A stretch of DNA of 34,039 bases, taken from Bipalium vagum. Taxonomy: Eukaryota. Position 1 is the stretch's first letter; every line of letters starts with the position of its first letter. Location: assembly GCA_037834085.1 (NCBI GenBank), contig JBBMKC010219464.1, positions 1 to 34,039 on the forward strand. The letters are read 5' to 3'. Under the pieces are notes generated by a model. It saw only the letters and a list, made by a program, of their open reading frames with translations. It was not told the origin of the DNA and searched no databases. This document shows, piece by piece, positions 23,301 to 34,039 of the stretch. Position numbers and translations under genes: made by a program.

Positions 23301-26300
23301 CACAATTGCTGACGAGTAGTAAGCGAAAGTCTAAAAAATACATAAAAATAGAAAATAAATAAGAATGAGACTAATAAAATAAATAAAAATATTTACTTTT
23401 GAAAAAAATAAAATGAGAAAAGTTTCATAATTTAATAGGTAATGTATTTTCATATCAAAATGGCTTAAACAGTGGGTGATGAGAAATATAAACAGCAGTC
23501 AAAGGGGACGTTTATGATGTCTATAAAAATATGATTACAACATTAATTAATTAACCTTATTTCAGCAAGATACTGCCATGCTGTGCATGTCATATTTTTA
23601 AGATTTTGAAAAAATTAAAAATCGATTAATATCGAAATTTGGCAATTTGTCATGGCCACAAGATCTCCAAATTTTACATCTCCAAATCTTTTTCTTTAAG
23701 GCTATTTAAAAAAAGTTTATTTTAATAAAGTTAAATTATTAATCCACTTAACCTGGAACAGCTCAAATTCAACATTTGCAATGAAATATCTGAAATTTCA
23801 TAAGAAATCCTAAAAATGCTATGGAAGGTGCAATTAAAAGGACACATTCTTGTGTTCAACAACATAGTAACCTTTTGACTGATATTATTTTTCACAATTG
23901 AATAAAATAAGTTTCATTAAAAAATTTGTTTTTGTTTTTTGATTTATAGCAATCCAAAATTAAATAAATTTAAACAAAATTTTTTAAAATTAAAAAAAAA
24001 CTAAATTTTAGAACTTTTTAAAAGATTTTTAAAATTCTTAAGGAGATCAAAACTGTATTATAAGGTTGAGTTACATAATTCTAATTCATTATATGCTGAA
24101 TTCTTAAAGCAGTCTTTAGTAATTATAAATTGTTGTGATATTAGGTGTACAACTATGACTCCGGCTTTTTTTTTAAAACGATAACAAAAATTTTGTTTGC
24201 ATATATATCTAAATTATATTGAATTGATTTATAAACAAAAATATCATAATAATATCACGAGACAGTTGTTTTAATATTCCTTGTTTAAATATTATAGCGA
24301 TTCAAAATGTCAATATTCATCCAAAATAAACTGCATCTGCGGCAAGTAAGTCTAGTATATATTTTATTGCCAAGAAAAGTGTAGCGAAAACGCACCGCTT
24401 GATTCGAGATACCTATGGAGAACATGCCCCTTCGATGACCACATGTAAAGATTGGTTTTGCCGTTTTAGAAATGGCCAATATGATACGAACGACAAGGAG
24501 CATGGGAAGCCATAAAACAATGTGAAGATAGAGATTCGAGAAGGCTGTTGAACAAAGACCCATGCCAAACACAATCTGATCTGGCTGTCGCATTAAATGT
24601 GATTCAACAATGCAATTCAAAACGTCTGGCAGCTTTAGGAATTATTCAAAAATTATGAATTTGGATCCAACATGAATTGACAGAAAGATGTATTGAACGG
24701 TGAAAGACAATTTGTGATGTCCTTCTTCAGAGACAAAAAAGGAAATTTTTTTTGCATCGAATTATCACAGGAGACGAAAAATGGCTTCGTTATGACAATC
24801 CAAAACGCAAAGCAGCTTGGGTGATACCAGGTGAATCTGGTCCATCAACTCCGAAACAAAATATCCAAGGTTTGAAAGTTATGTTGTGTATCTGGTGGGA
24901 TCAGAAAGAAGTGATCATTATGAATTTTTAAAATCTTCTCAAACACTAACTGATGAACTTAATCAATCACAATTGATTCGTTTGAAGCAAGCTTTGAATG
25001 AAAAACGACCGGAATGGGTGGCTACACACGAAAAGATAATTTTACCACACGTTAATTCAGTTGTAGATAACTACTTAGAAAGTACAAAGTGGGAAGTCTT
25101 ACCTCACCTTCTACACACTTCTGCCGACGCAACAAAAGTTTATTTATTCCATTTGAATAAAAATCATGATTTCTAGAGGAGATGAACTTCAAGAAGACGT
25201 TTTTGTCTGCGTCTGTCCCTAAGCACCCTATCCTTGAGAAAACTGTCCAGTTATTTAAATAAGTGAAAATCGGTTGAAGACAAGTCAGGCGACTATAAAG
25301 AAGGAAGTAGGGTTTCATATCCAAGTTGGTTTAGTTTCTGCGCAGTTAATTGTGTAATGTGCAGTTTAAAATGTGTAATATTTAAAACTCATAAAAAATA
25401 TTAAATACCTGAAAACTGTTTGAAGAGGATCCAGATATGTTTGTGAAAATTCTCGACTTAACGATTGCGAATCATTAGGGATTGGAATGAAGGCTCTATT
25501 ATTTGGTATTCTTTCCTTTACAATTCGAATAATAGTTTGATTTTGTGGTGCATCTATTTGCTTTACAGTTATATTACAACTGAATCCGGATCTGGAAGGA
25601 TCCACATGTTCCAAAAGAAAATGAATTTCTATATTATGACTATGATTTAATCTCCAAACTGAAGAATAAGGGAAGGTCTGTGAAAAAAAACTGATTTATT
25701 GTTTTTCTTTTTATTATGTGAATTAATTTCATTTATCAAAAGAATTACAAAATAAATAATATTAAAGAGAAAATTAAGAAATTTAAAAAAAAAACCACAA
25801 AAATTATAATACATTACCTGCACTTTATTGTTAGAATGGCATCTCCAACCTAACGATAAATCATCTAGATACATAGCGATATTTCCACCAGAGCTTAGAA
25901 ATGAAAGCTTTTTACTATTGTCAAGTAATTGGCCATTGATTTTTACTTCTGATGAAATAACATTTTCAACTGCTTCTTTGGTATCAGGGATCAAATGGAC
26001 TCGAATGACATGTTCAGAGTCTGAAGATAGAGGAAAAGAAAATGCTAGAATTCTTAGCCTAATTGACACTACTGATTCAGGAGCTGGACAGGGACAACCA
26101 ATGATACAAATCATTTGAAACTGATCTAAGATTAATTGAGCTGAGGTCAAATCAAGTTGAGCATATATGTTTGAGTCTGATCGGTTAACTGGACGAATTG
26201 TAGATAATTCCTATGAAAAAATTATTTATGGACAAAAGATTTTCCCTTTTACCTTCCATAAAGGGGGAATCTGACTATTTTGAAATCTAGCACTAAGAAC

Positions 26301-28290
26301 ACGAATGTTCCAATCAGTACATTGGGTATTCGCACAGTGAGGTATAGTGAGGATCACTGGTTTTAAAAGTCTAATATGAGGAGGTCCACAGAGAATGACT
26401 GGGCTAAGCAACATTTCCATCACTACGTTAAATTAATAATTTTAATACATCTTTAATATATTTTCACTAATAAAACATTGAGTATATAATTATTTAAATC
26501 CTTTAAATAAGAGTAACATTCAAAATTGTATATTTATACATAACCCTCATTTTTCGAGATTTTAATGATAGATATATCTTTACAAAAAGAAACTTTTATG
26601 AATGTTTTTAATTTAAAATGTGCTATACAGAAGTGTTTTAAAAAGAATTTTAATTTTCATAACGAAAAATGACCAGTATATGAATTTCAAGTATTGTATA
26701 AATAAACATGCCTCATACATTACATTTCTTGAAATAAAACAACAGCGGAATGTTTATTTATTTTGAAATAATTTAGTATTAAACCATATATTAAGTAGTA
26801 GTATTAATTCTCCATTTTTTTAATAATGATGATAAGAAATTTAAATAAAAAGTCCATATAAATTTATTTTTACCTGACATTTCATTCAAAAATCATTGCT
26901 AACAACATTTTCTAATCTTTCTAGCAACAAAGAAAATAATTTTTTTTCCTTGAAATTTACCCAATATTCTAACCATTTCTCGTTATCCTGTTGATTGTGA
27001 AAGGCCATGTTGCATAAAGTGACAAGGTCTTTCACTTAGTGCGATGTCTGGTGAATATGAAAGATAAGATAAAATCTACCATCAAAATTCTGGTATCGTT
27101 TTCTTTACTAAAATCGAGGTAAGGGAACGAGTATTATATGATGTAACAACACCGCCTCGTGTTTATTGGACTAGTTTGGACAATTTTCGTGTAATGCTTG
27201 TCTCATTTTTATTAATTGTTGTAGGTAACGACGACCGACCGTCTACCTTTTCGCATTTGTTCAGCAGCTTAAAACAATTAAACTCCTTTGATCTCAAAAA
27301 AATGGAAAACATCACATTCTATCCATGCAAGTCTTGTTTTGGTGTTGATTTTCCGGCTTTTCCAGGCTTCACCAATGATTATTTTCGGATTTTCATAAAA
27401 AAATCATTTTTCATCACAAATAATAATGAGATGTAAAAAGAACTTTTCCTTTCTCTACTGATCAGCGTCTGACACATGTCTAATTCTTTTGTGACATCTG
27501 CTTCTTTCAATTGATGAAACAACCATTTTCAGACTTTCTGTTTGTATCCAATGACTTTTAATCGTCTGCTTATTGTAGATTTAAATTACATTAATGACTC
27601 TTGACTTTGTCTTTGATCAGCATCTTTTCCATATCTTCAAATGAAAAGTGTTTTGGTTGACTTGGGCGTTGTTAATCCTGCAGAACCAAATGTCCACAAC
27701 ATTTTTTAGACATATCACGGTTGCTATACGATTCTAAAACCATCCAATGACTTTATGCAGCACTTCTTTTGAGATACAAAACAAAAAGCAGCTCCTCTCC
27801 TAAATGTGTTTTTTTTTGGAATAAAAAAAGTCATATTAAATAAATCTTATCAATTGATTTAAATTATCTCTGAAATATGTAATAGAATAGATAATTAAAA
27901 CAAACAGCGAGAATTAGTGCAACTACATAATAGTAATAATATTTGAACTTTCTCAAATTTATAAATATCATTTGTGAATGAAAGTCATTTACGATTTGAT
28001 AAACAAAACTAAATATTACTGTATTATGTAAAAAAATAATCCAAATTTATAATTTATATTTTCTTCAAACTTTTGTCAATTTTTAATTGCAAAAATTTGA
28101 TCTTTATTAATATAATTTTATTTGTCTTTTATTTCCAGTTACAGTTTCATTGTGGCAAAATTGCCAGAGCTGAGTATGAAAATCTTACTGTCTATCACTG
28201 GGATAAATGTATGATCTCGACAAACCGCTAAAAACATCTCTTCAGAGATTCCATGGGGAATTACGCCTCGAGAAATTGTTAAACTGATTC
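17170..28290 (-). CDS. unc5: Netrin receptor UNC-5 family, C-terminal part (ZU5-UPA-death domain); 5'-partial; exons 28189-28290, 26253-26422, 25818-26210, 25409-25677, 23247-23330, 17170-17335
   Basis: Six GT-AG-bounded exons join in frame (internal intron phases 1,0,0,2,2) with no stops: GISLTISRGVIP..LLSPVILCGPP..KPVILTIPHCA (ZU5), IRVHLIPDTKEAVENV..GQLLD..TFPYSSVW (UPA), LNYFSEKKSPSDALLDLWEAR (UNC5-type death domain). The ectodomain and TM exons were not seen in the window. Confidence 0.9.
18232..18375 (-). repeat. Putative 3' LTR (about 144 bp) of the gypsy element
   Basis: TGTGAG immediately after the PPT and ...GGCACA at 18232. No matching 5' LTR is seen near 21700, so the end is unconfirmed. 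Confidence 0.5.
18232..21690 (-). mobile_element. Degenerate, 5'-truncated Ty3/gypsy LTR retrotransposon in the last unc5 intron
   Basis: Domain order is gag remnant, protease (CLLDTGANINV), RT (LCLDFRKLN..PMPNIEDLL..YLDD), RNase H (YCITRKELLAI..VRTDQKAI), integrase (IHVDCGKVFES, SPYHQNNNGIIER). Many frameshifts. PPT GAGAAGGGGGGA at 18376-18387 directly precedes a TG-starting LTR. Confidence 0.93.
23247..23330 (-). CDS. unc5: unc5 exon (death domain N-terminal half)
   Basis: TTTTTAG|..LSLTTRQQLWPLLDPNWQALANHMSIN..GG|GTAAAT; 84 bp, phase 2-2. Confidence 0.88.
24141..25108 (+). mobile_element. Degenerate mariner, mauritiana (Mos1-like) subfamily, 3'-truncated
   Basis: TA plus left TIR TTAGGTGTACAACTATG. 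ATG at 24307 begins MSIFIQNKLHLRQV; later motifs are TYGEHAP..DWFCRFRNG..DKEHG, LHRIITGDEKWLRYDNPKRK, VMLCIWWDQ, ALNEKRPEW and WEVLPH, with stops and frameshifts. Confidence 0.92.
25105..25366 (-). mobile_element. Mariner C-terminal fragment (cecropia-like), inverted relative to its neighbour
   Basis: Minus strand gives AQKLNQLGYETL..SPDLSSTDFHLFK*LDSFL..FLKFISSRNHDFYSNGINKLLLRRQKCVE. Confidence 0.85.
25409..25677 (-). CDS. unc5: unc5 exon (UPA C-terminal part and linker)
   Basis: TTTCACAG|TFPYSSVWRLNHSHNIEIHFLLEHVDPSRSGFSCNITVKQ...PLQTVF-AG|GTATTT; 269 bp, phase 0-2. Confidence 0.88.
25818..26210 (-). CDS. unc5: unc5 exon (ZU5 end and UPA domain)
   Basis: TTCATAG|ELSTIRPV..YAQLDLTSAQLILDQF..IRLRILAF..GWRCHSNNKVQ|GTAATG; 393 bp, phase 0-0. 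Confidence 0.9.
26253..26422 (-). CDS. unc5: unc5 exon (ZU5 domain)
   Basis: CGTAG|..MEMLLSPVILCGPPHIRLLKPVILTIPHCA..PPLWK|GTAAAA; 170 bp, phase 1-0. Confidence 0.92.
26870..27930 (-). mobile_element. Highly degenerate mariner (mauritiana-like) in an unc5 intron
   Basis: ATG at 27834 gives MTFFIPKKTHLGEELLFVLYLKRSAA*SH; later come FLHLIICDEK*FFYENPK and EKWLEYW. A TIR-like end at 27903-27930 is followed by TA. The left end is uncertain. Confidence 0.75.
28189..28290 (-). CDS. unc5: unc5 exon (ZU5 N-terminal part)
   Basis: ATTTCAG|GISLTISRGVIPHGISEEMFLAVCRDHTFIPVID-A|GTAAGA; 102 bp, phase 1-1. Confidence 0.88.
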
Positions 28291-31200
28291 CTGAAATAAT
28301 AAATTCCGAATAATAATCATGAGTATTTAATCAGAGTTTTATAAAAATTATCTTTATAACTAATCAAATAAAACAACTGATGGTTTTACCACAAATATTT
28401 CCTCTTCTCAAATTGAAAACATAAGTTTTGTTGCATTGAATCTTTTAAAGTGAATATCGCCTTTTGAAAATCATTAAGAAGTGTAAAGCATTATATTCAT
28501 ATTTTCATTTTATTTTTACACCTATCTTGGATTTTAGTCTTTCATTTATTTTTGTACAGATTAATATTTGAAAATAATCTTTTCCTTTGTTTTTATATTA
28601 TTGAAATATATTATATATACAAAGTTGAATAAATTTATATTAAGGTATGTAAAGTATCAGGTTTTGTCATAATTTCTGATATATTTACACAAGTAAAAAA
28701 AATTAATGGGTTTTTTAATTTCATAGAAATTTAAATTAAAATTTTATGTTGTGAAATCAATAATTTTTGTTACTAATGACTTGCAATGTGAAAAAAATAT
28801 TCAATTTATATTGAATCAAGTAATATATAATATAATTATTCTTTAATTTCGTATTTTTCTACGATAAACGATAAATTCATTTGATCACTTTATTGTTAAA
28901 GAAAAGAGAAAATATTTCTTCGCAACTGATATTTTATGCAGAATCAAATGGGAAAACACGGATTTTAATACATCATATTTGTAGAACAGAGAGATCAACG
29001 CAAAATGATATTATTTTTAATGATGACTTTTTATTTAATAGGATTAATTTGTATTTTAGGATATAACAACAATAAAATTCTTGAATTGATGTTCATATTA
29101 AGAAATGTGGTAGTCACAGATTCTGATTCTGATTCTGAAAATTTTTTAAAACAAAATATCCTTAATTTAAAAATTTTAAGATTACATTTGTTAAATGTGA
29201 AATAAAGTTGATTAATAAAAAAATGTTGTTACTGCTCACATTTTTTAATTAAATAAAAAATACTCACTCTATTATCATGATATTATTGATGAAAATTTTT
29301 CTTAGTTCAATAAAAAATATTTCTTTGAAAAAACGAGTTTTTATTTCTGAATTCATTCATATTGAAAATAATAGAAGTAGAATATTGTCATTTTTTATAA
29401 TTAGTTTATTATAAAAGGCAGAGAAATTATAAAACAAAATCCTAAAAAATATTCATTTGAAAATCTTTTCCTTTGAGACTGAGAAGAAATTATAAAAATG
29501 CCTCTAAAATTTATTTACAAACGAATTTACCATAAAATTTCTCCAACATTGTCGCCAATTTTAAATCAAAAATTAGACAATTTCGTTTTGATAATCTTTT
29601 AATTGATACTATTTAACATTTATTTATTCAGAATATATTTTAGATACGGAATAATTTTCTGTTGAGAAGGGTGTTTAGAGTTTAGATTTTATCCGAAACA
29701 TTTAGTTTAACTTAAAATGTTTTGCTCTCTTCAAAATAATTGCATTACATTTGACATTTAAAATAGTTTAATAAAAATGGTAATATAATATGACTGATAA
29801 AAAAATTAAATTTTCAGAGTAAATATAGGATATTTTTATTATTTAGGAAATTTTTGATGTTAGAAGTTTACTATTTTCTTTTATTAATATCAAATAATTT
29901 TTATTAGAAAACATGTATTCATAATAAGCGGTAATATGTTCTTTTTTGTTTAATTTAAATTTAAAGATTCGGAGATTTCGCAAATTTAATGAATAAATCC
30001 ATTCATTTATAATATAAAATTCTATTCTTGTAATGAGTTAATGAAAATTATGCTTCTGTGTTTAAATTCTCTTGAGTATCATAATTATTTTAATAACAGT
30101 TTCCTGGTCATTAAAAAAATAATATATTTTTATTTGAAAAATAATCCTCATTAATATGTTTAGGTTACATCGAATAATTATAGTTGGATTTTTTAAGTGA
30201 CTAAAGAATTTATTATAATGAGAATTAAGATTTTTTTCACATTAAAATAGCAATATATAATTTTTAATTTATTAAAATTAATTTTTCTTTAATTTAATTG
30301 ATTTATTATTTATTGATTTGAAATTATAACGAAAAAAAGGAGCCAACTTTAAAGGAATTGTAACTGAAATATTTTGATTGCTTAAATTTCTCATAAAATT
30401 GATTATTTTTCTCATAACTTGTAAATTCTTTATCAAGCTTTTGCTGCATGATTTTAATTATACTAAACAAATATCTCATTATTATTTATAACACCACGTC
30501 TAATAAAAATATCTGTTAAACCGTCTATTTCGGACAAATATTTGCTGAAATGATAGATTTATTGATATCACCCGCATCTTCAAAAAGTCAACAAGGTATA
30601 TAAACTTACCAAAACATCGATAAAGAAATTCAATTTGTTTTTACCTTTTTCTTTTTAATTTTTTACAACTAAATAACAGAATAAACTAAATCAGATATTT
30701 TTTAACCCGATAATGACTTTGGAAAAATATAATTTTCATAATTAAATTAGGAAGACTAAAAAAGGAAGACTAATTTAATTATTGAATTTCTAAAAGAAGT
30801 ATATTTTAAAACAAAATAAATTTAAAAATAATTTAATATTTAATCAAGTGTTTAATTAAATATAAAATGAACAAAAGTTACTTTAGCAAAATGATGATTT
30901 CAATAAAATACATATTATTTATGTATTTCTTAAAATCATAAGATGTCAAGGAACATATTAAAATTATTAAAAATTATTTCTACTGATATTTTAATTTAAG
31001 AACCATTATCGTCCATCATTTCTTAACATTAACATCTCAATCAGATGTCAGAAGCGAATTCGTGACTCTGAATTTTCTTATTAAATAAAAAGGGATGTCA
31101 ATCCTATGCAACATTTCCAGTGGATGAAGTATTGACAATACCATTAGTGAACAAAATTAAATTAAATTAAAATAATATTTATGATTTTCATTAAATTTTT

Positions 31201-31862
31201 AATAAGTATTTATTTACAAGAACCTCATTTAGGAATGAACATTGTTAAAAATTTTTGTATTAACACTAAAGTCACGTCGTCCTCATAATTCTTGTTCTAT
31301 ATTCAAATTTATCAAAATATTTATAAAAAAAATTATTTTATAAAAAAATATTCTACAAGTTATTATAATAAAATAATAACAATATCATTGCTTCTAAAGC
31401 CCTAAAATTATACAATTCAGTGATAAAACCTCTCATTCTTTCCAGTTAAGTAAGACAACAAAATATAATATATAATAAATTTGATGAATACATTTTTCTA
31501 AGGAATGACGGAAAACTATTTCGTTTTGTTTTAACTATGAATCAGCAGTAAATCGAATTTGTAGAATGGTTTAATTGGATAATATAGGCAATTTATTATT
31601 CAATATATTTCAGAAAATTTCCTATTGATTTCTTAGAGGGAAAAACAAAAATTATCCAGACATCAGAATGTTACAACTACCCCACCATGATAGACTATTT
31701 ACATCATTTTCTCTGCGAGAGAATGAATAATTTTTAATGAATTTTAATAAATAAACGATTTATTAAATTCTATCAAAATTATTTCTCAATTTATTTATTT
31801 ACAATGAATTATCCATATAAACTAAAATATCAATGAGATCCATTTTTTGAATTTTTAAAAAT

Positions 31863-32700
31863 AACGGGTGACCACTAAAACTTCATAATAATGTAATGAC
31901 AAAATAAAAGTTTATAACGTTGTGATGATTGATAAATTTAATTGAAATTATTTATTTATTTTAATTGATTTATATTTCTTATTTTAGATATTAATCAAAA
32001 TTAAATAATAATGACTAAAGAATAAATACTAAAATGTGTGCACAAATTTTATGAGAGTAATCATGGACCTGGTAAGAATCATAAGAAAATGTCCGAAAGC
32101 AAACAATTTATTTCATTCTACAAAAAATGCGAAAATAACTTATCATTAGAAATTTACGGCAGGAAGTGGACGTAAATCATAAAAGATCTTCATTTCAAAT
32201 TTAAATCAGATCAAACTCCACTTTGATGGTAATGAATATGTATGTTTCAATTCGTTGTGTGACTTGGAAATTTAATGTTTCAAAGTCATATTTACATGAA
32301 AAATTCAAAAACAAGACATCAATTAATTAACATAAGAATGAAAAGACTCTTAAACCAACGGAAGTCCAACAAATTTTATGTAAAATTGGAAAAATATGAT
32401 TATATATTAAAAGCCCAAAGGATACTTATTATATATATTTTCTCAAAAATTATTGATGGAATTATAAATTTTCATTTAGAAAAATTTTTTTTAGTTTTAA
32501 TATGGGTAGTATTTCAGGGATTTTTGGAAATTAAAATTGATTAATGTCTATGACAAGGATCAACAACATTCGGGTTTTATTGTCTTACTCTTCTTCACAT
32601 CGTAGACTGGATTTTAAAGAAAATTAATGAAATTGAAAATATTTTATAAGTTTGATTGATTTTTCATAAATATGAACAAAGGGTTGCAGAGTTCACAATA
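31863..32700 (+). mobile_element. Old Tc1/mariner-superfamily remnant (maT/DD37D-like)
   Basis: TIR-like ACGGGTGACCACTAAAA near 31864, then decayed coding MTKE*ILKCVHKFYESNHGPGK..KCPKA..KKCENNLSLE..TAGSGRK with the GSGR linker of Tc1/mariner transposases. The right end is unresolved. Confidence 0.4.
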
Positions 32701-34039
32701 TTTTTAGTTCACAAAACCAAGTAACTATAAATCCATTTCTAAACAAGCTCATCAAAAGAGTTACAGACTGAAGACATCCTTTATTGTTCTCAGATTTTAA
32801 CGTTGATTTCCGTTGTGAAAATTGTTTAATGATATTATTATATTCTACTGAATAATTATAAAATTAATAAAATAAAAATAATTCAAGATTAATTGTTTTC
32901 TTTCTCAACAATGTCACTCGTAGTATTTTATTAATTAAGTATATCTTTTAATTAATAATTTGTCAATAATTCTAAACGATTTCCTCTTTATTACAACTAA
33001 TAAGAATAAATAAATCAATTTTAAATGGTTTTCAAATGTTAACTTAAATATGTTCAATGTTTTAAAGAGAATTTCATATCATTTGAAGTCGTAATTACCA
33101 CAGTATATATCGGAAAATATCAATAATGAAAAGCTTTTTCTTAAATTTAGCAGTACTCAATGAATTACTTTGTGATGTAGTCTGAATATAATTTTTATAT
33201 TGATAATTTTATGTTCAAAAAGTCTAAGAATCAGAAATCATTTAAAGAGTAAGCTGCTTAAGTTTATTAGTAGTTATATATATTCTAGTAATCTCAAAAT
33301 AAATTAATTTGATTCAATAATATTTTGTTGAAAAAATCTAACTTCAAAAAAATTTTCCCGAAAACATAAAATTGAGTATTTAGTATTTTGATTATTACAA
33401 AAATATCAATTATATAACATTCTCTCTTTTTAAGAAAGATAAAGAAATTATTTCGAAAATTGAACATAAAGTTACCATTTAATTTTTTAATATTGATATA
33501 TTTAATATTAATAACAATAACAATACATTGATTAATTATATTAACAAAATAAATATAATATGTAACAAAATATTATTAATTTAATTAAAAATTAATCAAA
33601 TGAAAAAAAATAAAAACATTTTTCGGAAAATAAAACATTTAAAATCTAGCAGAAATCAAAAGAAACGTTTGTTCTTAAGAATTACTCTGGAAAATATCTA
33701 ATTTATCAATTTTATTAAATCTAAAACGAATAATTGCTTAATGAAATTATATAATAAAATTAATCTTATTTGTAATGCTAAAAATTTGACTTTTATTAGA
33801 AAAATAATAAATGAATATTTTTCAGTGTTTGATGATATAAACTCGGCTATGTTTTTGATGTCATTATATAATAACGATTTAAAATGGAATATACAGGAAA
33901 ACTATTTTCTAGTAAAATAAAAAAATATATAATATATAAAAAATATTTTTATAAAATTCTAGGAAATAATTACTAAAAGATTCTAAGAATATGATTATGA
34001 AATATTGTTTAATTATAAAGTAAAACTATTTATGATTAT

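Noticed and set aside
25465-26118. Plus-strand ORFs of 61 and 96 aa
   Set aside because: Antisense shadows of unc5 exons.
30500-31740. Possible nested plus-strand exons (donor near 30596; acceptor near 31612 giving KFPIDFLEGK...)
   Set aside because: Short open frames with no consistent phase chain and no recognisable homology.

Overview
Very AT-rich eukaryotic (animal) genomic DNA. The short 42-51 bp introns, dense mariner content and gene content suggest a freshwater planarian or other flatworm, but this is inference. Two host genes are supported, both on the minus strand. (1) A DDX6/Me31B/RCK/Dhh1 DEAD-box helicase with an uninterrupted CDS (4319-5836) and a probable 51-bp 5'UTR intron. 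(2) The last six coding exons of an UNC-5-type netrin receptor (ZU5-UPA-death domain, 17170-28290), which I spliced by hand with fully consistent phases; upstream exons were not found and probably lie beyond the window. Most of the rest is transposon debris: five mariner copies or fragments (one full-length with TIRs), two other Tc1/mariner-superfamily remnants, a 5'-truncated Ty3/gypsy element in the last unc5 intron, a solo LTR nested in a mariner with a 4-bp TSD, other LTR-like pieces, a probable LINE 3' end, and tandem or simple repeats. I found no clearly novel multi-gene system. The best leads are a possible UGA-CAA stop-codon readthrough extension of DDX6, TE-derived cryptic splice donors that could give a death-domain-less UNC-5, and LTR promoters flanking both genes.
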